A program made the translations under genes and the position numbers. Positions 41,324-48,891 of a DNA stretch of 53,931 bases are shown piece after piece; the first letter of the stretch is position 1; each line of letters begins with the position of its first letter. The DNA lies in contig JAZDCZ010000075.1 in assembly GCA_036679605.1 (NCBI GenBank), forward strand, positions 1 through 53,931, read 5' to 3'. The notes beneath the pieces were generated by a model. That model was not told where the DNA came from. It saw only the letters and a program-made list of their open reading frames with translations, and did no database searches. This DNA is from Gemmatimonadota bacterium. GTDB lineage: Bacteria; Gemmatimonadota; Gemmatimonadetes; Gemmatimonadales; GWC2-71-9.

Positions 41324-41645
41324 TAGGACAAAGATTACCAAGAGCAGTGGCAACGTGTTTGCCGACCTCGGGCTGGGGGATCCCGAGAAGCGGTTGGCCA
41401 AGGCCGAACTCGCGAGTGCCATCGGCCGCATTATACAGCAGCGTCGATTGACTCAACTTGCAGCCGCCGAGATTCTGGGAGTCGATCAACCGAAGGTCTC
41501 GCACCTCTTGCACGGGCGGCTTGCAGGGTTTTCGACGGATCGGTTGCTCGGTTTCTTGACCGCTCTAGGTCGTGACGTGCAGATTGTGCTGAAGAGGACG
41601 CCGCGTTCCAGACGGCAGGGCCGAGTGCGTGTCGTGAGCGGGTGA
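41310..41645 (+). CDS. XRE-family HTH antitoxin (HigA-like)
   Basis: SSGNVFADLG, LTQ..AAE.LG.DQPKVS.L..G and FS.DRL..FL.ALG.DV.I motifs; overlaps the toxin end. Confidence 0.92.
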   Translation: MAMADRTKITKSSGNVFADLGLGDPEKRLAKAELASAIGRIIQQRRLTQLAAAEILGVDQPKVSHLLHGRLAGFSTDRLLGFLTALGRDVQIVLKRTPRSRRQGRVRVVSG

Positions 41646-41669
41646 CCAGGGAGCATATTGCTCGAGGCG

Positions 41670-41692
41670 TACAGTACCGCAGCCTCGACCGG
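41670..41692 (+). repeat. Direct repeat copy 2, within a degenerate comM 3' end (41651-41704)
   Basis: 23-bp identity to 40881-40903; the region translates EHIARGVQYRSLDRPAG* versus comM AHISEAIQYRSLDRAGPA*. Confidence 0.9.
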
Positions 41693-41707
41693 CCTGCCGG
41701 CTAGATC

Positions 41708-42052
41708 TCAGTTCTTGGCTGTCATGCCTCCAACGACAGCGCCAATGAGCAGTGGCACCACGTTCAAGACCGATACAACAAGGTTGCCCATTCCCGCAAT
41801 CATTCCAAAGAGTGCGCCAATTATGGGTATCCACCCAAGAAGTCCACCCAGAATGATAGTCAAGAGCCAGAGAATGAAAGCCGGTAGCAGGGCCGCCGCT
41901 ATGGCAGGGCCGACGCCCCCCGCCTTTCTGCCACCCACGAAGCCGGCAATCAGCCCACCCACGACCGGTATCCAGAATAGGACCGCCGATAGGCCGATCA
42001 TCCATGCCATGGCGCTTGGAATGTTACCGCGTCGTGCTACGTAGGTCGTCAT
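41708..42052 (-). CDS. Small Gly-rich membrane protein
   Basis: 3-4 hydrophobic Gly-rich helices (IPVVGGLIAGFVGG; IGAVVGG); GGAG RBS. Confidence 0.8.
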   Translation of the reverse strand: MTTYVARRGNIPSAMAWMIGLSAVLFWIPVVGGLIAGFVGGRKAGGVGPAIAAALLPAFILWLLTIILGGLLGWIPIIGALFGMIAGMGNLVVSVLNVVPLLIGAVVGGMTAKN

Positions 42053-42108
42053 GCGAGGCTCCCGAAGCTATGCTAGTCTTGATACGATGGCCCTCTTCTC
42101 GGGTTCCC

Positions 42109-42135
42109 TACGACATTCGTCACGGGTCGGTTTCA
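42109..42135 (-). promoter_or_regulatory. Putative ECF-sigma (SigW-like) promoter
   Basis: TGAAAC-N17-CGTA, ending 57 nt upstream of the 42052 start; same geometry as 18849-18875. Confidence 0.6.
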
Positions 42136-42183
42136 CATCTGGCTTCGCTATTTCGCCATGGCCCTCGGAGCTGTAACCTCTAG

Positions 42184-42200
42184 CTGGCCCGCATGTTGCA
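42184..42200 (+). promoter_or_regulatory. Putative sigma54 (-24/-12) promoter
   Basis: CTGGCCCGCATGTTGCA versus consensus YTGGCACGRNNNTTGCW, with exact GG-N10-GC spacing. Confidence 0.5.
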
Positions 42201-42317
42201 CAGCTAGGCCCCTTGACGGAGAGCCCTAATTCATGCCATTTGTGACGGAGGATTTGCTGCGAGAGTACCCGAGGTCAATTCAATTCTGGTCGCGCGACCG
42301 GATAATGGAGGCAACTT

Positions 42318-42671
42318 ATGCAACTGGTGCCTGAAGATAAATCGAACCGGCGGTCCGCGGGCCGGCGCGAAAAGGGTGACCGCAGACGCAGTAGTGAGCG
42401 CCGAGGGCGTGATCGGCGATTGGGTTCGGATGAGGATGTCGCCAGGCGCTTGCCGGACGATTTCATGCGGGCACGGGGAACGCCGGGAGATCGGACCATG
42501 AGCCTGGTAAACCTCTATTGGACGGCTACAGAGGAAGCGGATCGGTTGGAACTGGCCCAGGCGCTGTTACCCATCCTAGAGGAACTAGCTGGGCCCTCCG
42601 AGCGCGTCACAGACGGTCACAGGCGCTCTTGCCAGGAGCTTGTGGTGCATTGGGCAGCTCGTCTGCGGTAG
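42318..42671 (+). CDS. Hypothetical protein with N-terminal tandem [D/E/N]RR repeats and a helical C-terminal domain
   Basis: GGAGG RBS; NRRSAGRREKGDRRRSSERRGRDRR. Confidence 0.75.
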   Translation: MQLVPEDKSNRRSAGRREKGDRRRSSERRGRDRRLGSDEDVARRLPDDFMRARGTPGDRTMSLVNLYWTATEEADRLELAQALLPILEELAGPSERVTDGHRRSCQELVVHWAARLR

Positions 42672-43022
42672 CTATTTCCGAGCGTTCATGAATGCTTCTG
42701 CGTCTCTGACTCCGCGCTGAAGCCGGGACTCAAATCCGGCTAACGCGGGCTCGCTGCAAGCGTCGAGCAGGTTGCGAAGGCGCTCGACTATAGACTCGAC
42801 ATCAAGAGGTGGGTGCGTGGCAATGGTGTCCTTCCATAACTCCTCCGCATCATCATGGAATGTCACCACGGCACCGAGTTCATCGTCGCTGAAGCGATCT
42901 CGTATGATGTCCTCTCTCAAGTCTGATACGATGCCGCCGAGCAACATTTGGATGGACTCCCGTGTTCCCCACCCGATACTCGATATGCGCTTGACGAAAT
43001 CAGCGCGGCGATTCTCGCTCAT
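42672..43022 (-). CDS. Hypothetical acidic helical protein
   Basis: ATG at 43022 with AAGGA RBS; amphipathic helices; stop abuts the stop of 42318..42671. Confidence 0.6.
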   Translation of the reverse strand: MSENRRADFVKRISSIGWGTRESIQMLLGGIVSDLREDIIRDRFSDDELGAVVTFHDDAEELWKDTIATHPPLDVESIVERLRNLLDACSEPALAGFESRLQRGVRDAEAFMNARK

Positions 43023-43198
43023 GCCACCGTCCTTTTCGTGGAGTGTTGCATTGCTGCAATATACAGACGGGCCCTCGACGCCGGGCTCGTGACAGCGATT
43101 CGAGGCCGAATATTTTCCAATTTGGACGATTGTCCCTAAATTAGAACGTCCCAGTTCCGATCCGTCCAAGGCGGACAGATCTAATTGGAGGTGCTTGA

Positions 43199-43717
43199 TT
43201 GGCGATGACTGAACTAACCACGGTCCTTATCGAGCAGCGAGTACGCACTGCTCTCGAGAAATGGGTGTCGGACCCAGATAAGATGGTGCAATGGGTCGCG
43301 ACTCAAGATCCCGATTTATCGGAAGATGCAATTCGGGCATGCCTGGCGAGGGCGACAATACTGGTGGATCTCAGGGCCGATACCGAACGCTCTGCAAAGG
43401 CTGCCAAGGGAAGCGAGACCGATTTGCCGATGTCGGATACCGAATTGCGCGTGGCAACTTGGCTCCAGCAAAGGGCCTTTGAGCGGTGGATGAGAGGGCA
43501 GGCCTCCTCGGGCGAATCGTACAGAGTGGGAGACCGGCGGCATGGAGACTCACGTCGTGGCGGGCAGGAGCAGTGTTTGCGCCACGGTGATCGCAGACGA
43601 GTGGTGACGCAAGTGAGTACCGACCGCCGGATTAGAGCTGCAAGGCGGTTGGGCGACAGGCGCTCGAGAACCGAGCGGAGGGCTTTGACCGACAGGCGCC
43701 TTGCGGCGGCGAGCTAG
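43199..43717 (+). CDS. Hypothetical protein with C-terminal tandem DRR/ERR repeats
   Basis: GGAGGT RBS; GDRRHGDSRR...GDRRR...TDRRIRAARRLGDRRSRTERRALTDRR. Confidence 0.75.
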   Translation: MAMTELTTVLIEQRVRTALEKWVSDPDKMVQWVATQDPDLSEDAIRACLARATILVDLRADTERSAKAAKGSETDLPMSDTELRVATWLQQRAFERWMRGQASSGESYRVGDRRHGDSRRGGQEQCLRHGDRRRVVTQVSTDRRIRAARRLGDRRSRTERRALTDRRLAAAS

Positions 43718-43843
43718 ACTACAAAGACCACGGGTACCCTAGCGGATGCGTTGACGGTCAGGCATCTTTAGGTGCCCTAGAGGAGAGTCCCTGCCGAGGG
43801 ACATGGCGAGCCAAACCGACCACTTGGCTGAGGAGTCGATCGA

Positions 43844-44095
43844 ATGGACGAGGTAGCCCTGAAGGAGCGCGGTAGCGATGACAGGCGAGGCAAGCGGGAG
43901 CGCAGGGTTGGGGTAGATCGGCGCGACAGTGAGCGCCGGGGCCTACTATTAGTCCGCGAGATTGGCCAAAGAGCCGGCAGCCAGCGCCGCGGGTTGGACT
44001 GGCGTAGAGGCCGGGAGCGCCGTGACGATAATGAACGAAGGATAGTTGCCAGCGCGCCGAGGTCCTGGAGACAGGGCGCCCAAGCGCAAGGCTGA
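43844..44095 (+). CDS. Small protein composed largely of [D/E]RR repeats
   Basis: GAGGAG RBS 8 nt upstream; DDRRGKRERRVGVDRRDSERR...SQRRGLDWRRGRERRDDNERR. Confidence 0.7.
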   Translation: MDEVALKERGSDDRRGKRERRVGVDRRDSERRGLLLVREIGQRAGSQRRGLDWRRGRERRDDNERRIVASAPRSWRQGAQAQG

Positions 44096-44138
44096 TTGTT
44101 CCCGCCCGAACTCTTACTTTCAACAAGGAGGTGATCCA

Positions 44139-44201
44139 TTGTCTAGCCAAGAAACCGTTTGCAACCCGGCATGGGCAAGCGATCGCCGCACCGGTACCTG
44201 A
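44139..44201 (+). CDS. Putative 20-aa small ORF MSSQETVCNPAWASDRRTGT
   Basis: TTG start directly after AAGGAGGTGATCCA (44125-44138), the exact complement of the conserved 16S rRNA 3' end. Confidence 0.5.
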   Translation: MSSQETVCNPAWASDRRTGT

Positions 44202-44284
44202 TTCGGACCGAATCGCTGAAACTTGACTGCGCCGGTCGACGCTGGTGAGGCGTCGTGCCGGATTGCAGAGGGTAACACAAAGAC

Positions 44285-44322
44285 ACGCCGCTGGTATTTC
44301 GGTACCGGCGGCGTTGTTTTTT
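44285..44322 (+). terminator. Intrinsic terminator
   Basis: ACGCCGCTGGTAT-TTCG-GTACCGGCGGCGT stem-loop followed by TGTTTTTT. Confidence 0.85.
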
Positions 44323-44324
44323 GG

Positions 44325-45125
44325 ATGCGTGACTTGCGATACCAGGAAATAGAGGCAACCCTCGCGATCTGTGCAGAGAACCCCGAAAGGGTCGTCGCGA
44401 AACTGCAGCAACTGTCGTCGATCGGTTCGTATGGTTTGAGGCCGATCCCCCCTCTCGCGATTGGCGATGTCTATCTGGATCTGGCCGGGCGCGAACTAGG
44501 AGAGCTAGGGCTGGGTCTGAGAATCAGGACTGTAGGCCAACAAACACTCATCACGCTCAAGGGTCCCAAGGATTTCGTCGTGGGCGGGGGAGCCAGTCGA
44601 GAGGAATTCGAGCGGCCATGGTCTCCTGAGACGCTTTTGTTAGTGCTCGACAGACTCGAGACCGCGGGCCTCGATGTACGGCGCCCTGGAGTAGGATTGC
44701 TCGGCAGAGATCCGTTGGAGGTGATGGCTGGGCTGGGGTTTGAGCCGACGCAGATACGTAAAACGAAGAGACGACCCCGTGACGTCGTTCATGAAGGTGA
44801 TCCCAGTACTGCGTTGGCGGAATTGGTGATCGATTCCGTAGCGTATGAAATCGGAGGCCGAACGATCTTGCATCACGAAATAGAGATCGAGGTGAAACCG
44901 GCCGGCGATATCACGGTCATGCAAACTGTTGCCGATGAGTTGCTAGCGTCCGAGCCTTGCTTGCGTAGATGGGATCACGGCAAGCGGGCTACCGGACGAG
45001 CAATTGAGGAATTGCTTGACCGTGGAAGCCTCGAAGAGCTGATAGGGGACGACGGATGCTTGAAATCGACAGCCTACAATGTAATCGAGCAGTGGATATG
45101 CGGATTGCGAAAGGAGCGCGCATGA
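44325..45125 (+). CDS. CYTH (triphosphate tunnel metalloenzyme / class IV adenylate cyclase-like) domain protein
   Basis: EIE near the N-terminus, DVYLD, LRIR, ITLKGP, REEFE and EIEIE motifs; ATG at 44325. Confidence 0.82.
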   Translation: MRDLRYQEIEATLAICAENPERVVAKLQQLSSIGSYGLRPIPPLAIGDVYLDLAGRELGELGLGLRIRTVGQQTLITLKGPKDFVVGGGASREEFERPWSPETLLLVLDRLETAGLDVRRPGVGLLGRDPLEVMAGLGFEPTQIRKTKRRPRDVVHEGDPSTALAELVIDSVAYEIGGRTILHHEIEIEVKPAGDITVMQTVADELLASEPCLRRWDHGKRATGRAIEELLDRGSLEELIGDDGCLKSTAYNVIEQWICGLRKERA

Positions 45126-45523
45126 ACGGCAAGGTTACGAAGTCGGACGCTGAATGGCGCGACCATCTGACAGACCTGCAGTACGCTGTGACGAGAGAAA
45201 AGAGCACCGAGCCGCCGTTCACGGGTCGTTACTCAGATTGCAAGGAACCAGGTACCTATAGATGCGTATGCTGCGGTAGCGAACTCTTCGGTTCAGAGTC
45301 CAAATACGATTCTGGCAGCGGGTGGCCGAGCTTCCACTCTCCCTTGACGAGCGAGTGCGTGGCTACAGAGGCCGATCACAGTCTCTCGTTGCCAAGGACG
45401 GAAGTGTTGTGCAGTAGATGCGATGCGCACTTGGGCCATGTCTTTCCTGACGGACCGGCCCCGACCGGTTCGCGATATTGCATCAACTCGGCCGCGCTCA
45501 GACTAGATACCGAAGCGAAGTAA
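45122..45523 (+). CDS. msrB: Peptide-methionine (R)-S-oxide reductase MsrB
   Basis: TEPPFTG, GTY.C..C, KYDSGSGWPSF, HLGHVF.DGP and RYCINS motifs; ATGA-coupled to the CYTH gene. Confidence 0.96.
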   Translation: MNGKVTKSDAEWRDHLTDLQYAVTREKSTEPPFTGRYSDCKEPGTYRCVCCGSELFGSESKYDSGSGWPSFHSPLTSECVATEADHSLSLPRTEVLCSRCDAHLGHVFPDGPAPTGSRYCINSAALRLDTEAK

Positions 45524-45524
45524 T

Positions 45525-45944
45525 CTACCAGGAGACAACGCTCCCCTCGATCTTGACAACGTCTGTGGCTGGCAGCGTGTCATAGTCCGCCTTGCTCAGA
45601 CTAAGTGTTGGTATTGTGGGATAGCCAAGCTCACGAGCCACAACAATGCCCAGGATGAGAATAGAATCGACCGTTCGTAGCAGAAGCCCTGATGGCGACG
45701 TGCCGTTGCGGAGCAGCTCAAGCATCACGGCGCTCGACGAGCTGGAGCCGATCGTCGCAGGTATCGCCAGGATTCGGCCGGCTATTTCTTGGCCGCTGTT
45801 CGGGTGTCGCGGATCTCCTATTATGCCGCGTTCGGGGTCCACGCCGCCCCAGAAGCTCAGCGGACCGTCCAATTTCAGGATCGATCCGGAGGCCGAACCG
45901 TCGATGAGGATATTACCGAGAACGGAATTGACGGTCAGCACCAA
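45525..45944 (-). CDS. Aconitase X swiveling (small) subunit, DUF126
   Basis: LSFWGGVDP..G.I.D.RHP and GSSSSS motifs. Confidence 0.9.
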   Translation of the reverse strand: MVLTVNSVLGNILIDGSASGSILKLDGPLSFWGGVDPERGIIGDPRHPNSGQEIAGRILAIPATIGSSSSSAVMLELLRNGTSPSGLLLRTVDSILILGIVVARELGYPTIPTLSLSKADYDTLPATDVVKIEGSVVSW

Positions 45945-47182
45945 AGATCTTCGTCGCGGGTGACTCTGCCTGTCTCGGCTGACGCCACACAGTCAGCGAG
46001 GCTGCCGTAGATGACCTGATACCCAGTGTTGGCGGGTGTGTAATGAGCGAACTTGCCGGAATTCGTCATCAAGACACCGCCTTTTTCGGGTAGTATCGGT
46101 GCGACCACTACACACGTATCGACCACGATCTCTATGGTCTCGATCAAGGGAGCTAGGTTGCCCTCGTTCTCCAGTTGTCGGAGAACATCGCGCGCGGTGC
46201 AAACGTAGAAGGGAATCGCAAAGCGCTTGCCGTGCGCGAGCCGCCTCAACTCCGCGAATTCAGATAGTGAAAAATGAGGACTGCCTACGGCAACGGCGTC
46301 GATTCGTTCCGCTTGCGTCGTAGAAAGCCAGTCACGGGATGAGCGGATCATGTCGGGCGTCAGTTGGATAACTCTGTTGGGCCGCACACCGTCGAGGGCC
46401 GTCGCGAGATCGGGCGCCTCCGGCGTTACTCCGGCAACGTGAAACAGGCCCACAGACCCGGAGGACGCTGCAGCCGCTCCCAATGCCTTGAGCTGGTCTT
46501 CTCCGGTATCGGGCGGCAGGCCGTCGATCACAGCGACCTCGTCACCGATCGTGGCACCCAGCCAGCTACCCAGCACGGGATAGAATACGTCTGACCGTTT
46601 GAGGTCGGGAGATAACTGGTCGGTATCGACCACGACTGTCGCTCGGCGATTCTCTTCTAGGTGTAAACCGGTCAGTGGAGCGCGACCGGTAATGGCGCAG
46701 CAGATATCGAGGAAGTCACCGTATCGGTTGGTACGAGCACCCAGTACGGAATTCGCGAAGACAACTGCATTGCTTTCGCCCCAGGCGATCTGGTCACCAA
46801 TTTCGGGGCGGTACTCAATTTGGTAGGGGGCGCAGGTCCACGTTGGTCGGCAACCCATTCTTACGTACGCCTCCATCAGGCGTCGTGACATTTCGGTGCG
46901 GTGAGGATCGGCACGAACCCGGTTCGGATGGATCAGGTCTAGGGCGCCCACGTTTAACGTGGATGGTACTCGGACCGTACCACCACCAGCCACAAGTCGG
47001 TCGGCAAACTCGACACCGCCGTCACCGTGGTAGAGGCAGCTATCTATATGGCTCGACTTGATCTCGACCAGTTCATCAGCCTCCAGGAGGTTTGCCATTT
47101 CCACGACTATCCGCATGGCCATCGCATCCGATTCTCCGGATTCCCCTGCGGCGATCGCCTTCTCCTGGTCGGTGAGGTGCAT
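45935..47182 (-). CDS. Aconitase X catalytic (large) subunit, DUF521
   Basis: HIDSCLYHG, TWTCAPY, WGESNAV.FANSVLGARTNR, G.TPEA, GSPH, DTC and TNSGK motifs; ATG at 47182. Confidence 0.92.
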   Translation of the reverse strand: MHLTDQEKAIAAGESGESDAMAMRIVVEMANLLEADELVEIKSSHIDSCLYHGDGGVEFADRLVAGGGTVRVPSTLNVGALDLIHPNRVRADPHRTEMSRRLMEAYVRMGCRPTWTCAPYQIEYRPEIGDQIAWGESNAVVFANSVLGARTNRYGDFLDICCAITGRAPLTGLHLEENRRATVVVDTDQLSPDLKRSDVFYPVLGSWLGATIGDEVAVIDGLPPDTGEDQLKALGAAAASSGSVGLFHVAGVTPEAPDLATALDGVRPNRVIQLTPDMIRSSRDWLSTTQAERIDAVAVGSPHFSLSEFAELRRLAHGKRFAIPFYVCTARDVLRQLENEGNLAPLIETIEIVVDTCVVVAPILPEKGGVLMTNSGKFAHYTPANTGYQVIYGSLADCVASAETGRVTRDEDLWC

Positions 47183-47193
47183 TGAACCGGCGC

Positions 47194-48879
47194 TTATAAC
47201 TTGCCGTCGACCTTTGCCAGGATCTCGCTCTCGAGGTCTGCAGATCGCTGGTCGATTTGTTGTCCCCTCTCGATCATCTCTTTGGCGAATTGCCTGTCCT
47301 TGAGACCAGATGCGTTGATCTTGACGTTGAGGAACGCTCCCTTGACCGCAGAGCGTACGCATAGAGCACCGACACCTGCGTCGGATGCAGAATTCGGGTT
47401 ACCGATGTCGGCCATGATCTTTATGACTTCCATTGAGTCGGTAGCTCGGGTCATGACTCTCAGCGGGACTTCGATCGCGACCTTGGTCGCCTCCTCAATA
47501 GCAGTGTCTCGAGCTGCCTTTTCCGTTGCACTGCCGTTCGGCAGCGACAACGCATCCATTACCTGGTTGAAAGCGCAAGTATCCTCGTCCACGAGGTCCA
47601 GCAGTGCGTTGTAATGCTCCTTGCCCTTTTCTGCCCAATCTGAAAACTCTTCCCACCGGTCATCCCAGCCTCGTTTATGGGATGAGAGATTTGCGACCAT
47701 AGTTCCAAGTGCTGCTCCCATGGCGCCTACGGCGGCGGCTACGGATCCACCGCCAGGCGTAGCGGAGTCGGCCGCGGTCTGTCGTGTGAACTCAGCGAGA
47801 GACCTGTCTACGAGGCGGATACCGGAGTCCTTACGCATTGCGTACTCGATGATCTTTTCCTCCGGTTTGAATGGATTGAGTTCGTCCAATCCGAGGGACT
47901 TTATCGCAATCTTGATAATTTCGGCGTCGGGTATGCCGGTGGAGAGCTGTTGCTTTTTTAGGAAATACCTTCCGGCGTCAAGCATTGCCTTGAGTGGTAT
48001 CAGTCCTACGAGTTCTGAGCCAGTAACTCGCACCCCCCTTGCATCTGCTTTGCGGCAAACCTCGTCGAAGGCCACGTGTACCGGAGTCACCGCAATGTTC
48101 GTGAGGTTCATCGATATCTGCGCCACACCGTATTCCTCGATGAACCAGCCAATGGCTTTCACATTTTTGAGCGACCCTGGAATCCAACATGGGTTCCCGC
48201 TCTCGTCTCTTACTATGTTGCCGGTTAGAGCATTTCCCTCGCGCTTGATGCGGCCTTTTTCTCGTACGTCGAATGCGATCGCATTGGCGCGTCGAGTGGA
48301 CGTGCTGTTCAGGTTGACATTGTAGGCCACTAGGAAATCTCTGGCCCCGACTGCGGTGGCGCCGGCGCGTGGATTGAACTCTGCCGGTCCGAAGTCGGGT
48401 TTCCATTCAGGTTGACTGAGTTTTTCTTTCAACCCCTCGTATTCGCCGGCTCTCACATCGGCGAGGTTGGTTCTCTGCGGTGTGAGGGCGGCATGTTCGT
48501 AGCAGAACACGGCTATGCCCAACTCTTCTCCTATGCGCTGACCAAGACGCCGCGCGTACTCGACCGTTTCGTCCATCGTGATGCCGGATACGGGCACTAA
48601 AGGACAGACGTCGGTAGCGCCAAAACGAGGGTGTTCTCCCGTGTGTTTGCTCATGTCGATAAGTTCTGCGGCCTTGCGAACGACTCGCACGGCGGCCTCA
48701 ATGACATCGTCGGGCGCACCCACGAAGGTTACGACTGTTCGATTCGTTGCCTTGCCGGGATCGACGCCCAGTAATTTCACGCCGTCAGAGCCTTCGATTT
48801 GATTCGCTATCTGCTTGATAATTGATAGGTCATTCCCTTCGCTGAAGTTGGGAACGCATTCGATTAATGGAGTGGTCAT
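47194..48879 (-). CDS. ftcD: Bifunctional glutamate formimidoyltransferase / formimidoyl-THF cyclodeaminase
   Basis: ECVPNFSEG, HPRFGA.DV.P, SELVGL and TPGGGSVAA motifs; N..IN in the cyclodeaminase domain. Confidence 0.94.
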   Translation of the reverse strand: MTTPLIECVPNFSEGNDLSIIKQIANQIEGSDGVKLLGVDPGKATNRTVVTFVGAPDDVIEAAVRVVRKAAELIDMSKHTGEHPRFGATDVCPLVPVSGITMDETVEYARRLGQRIGEELGIAVFCYEHAALTPQRTNLADVRAGEYEGLKEKLSQPEWKPDFGPAEFNPRAGATAVGARDFLVAYNVNLNSTSTRRANAIAFDVREKGRIKREGNALTGNIVRDESGNPCWIPGSLKNVKAIGWFIEEYGVAQISMNLTNIAVTPVHVAFDEVCRKADARGVRVTGSELVGLIPLKAMLDAGRYFLKKQQLSTGIPDAEIIKIAIKSLGLDELNPFKPEEKIIEYAMRKDSGIRLVDRSLAEFTRQTAADSATPGGGSVAAAVGAMGAALGTMVANLSSHKRGWDDRWEEFSDWAEKGKEHYNALLDLVDEDTCAFNQVMDALSLPNGSATEKAARDTAIEEATKVAIEVPLRVMTRATDSMEVIKIMADIGNPNSASDAGVGALCVRSAVKGAFLNVKINASGLKDRQFAKEMIERGQQIDQRSADLESEILAKVDGKL

Positions 48880-48891
48880 CTCTGTGAATTC

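Noticed and set aside
43720..43760. ACAAAGACCACGGG...TAGCGG loosely recalls a c-di-GMP-I riboswitch
   Set aside because: The GGCAAAC and GNRA-capped stem elements are absent; not supportable without an Infernal search
43803..43856. Short ORF MASQTDHLAEESIEWTR overlapping the start of the 43844 gene
   Set aside because: Weaker RBS than the 43844 start and no further support
44125..44138. Possible 16S rRNA fragment or primer contamination (matches the 16S 3' end on the minus strand)
   Set aside because: The match stops at 14 nt and the flanks are not rRNA-like; it is better read as an extended SD
43758..44411. Minus-strand ORFs (217 aa and 120 aa) over the RR cluster
   Set aside because: Low-complexity Ser/Arg/Pro shadows of the plus-strand features, with no convincing RBS or motif
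45122..45523. MsrB as a second selenoprotein
   Set aside because: The catalytic residue is an ordinary Cys codon (RYCINS) and there is no in-frame TGA
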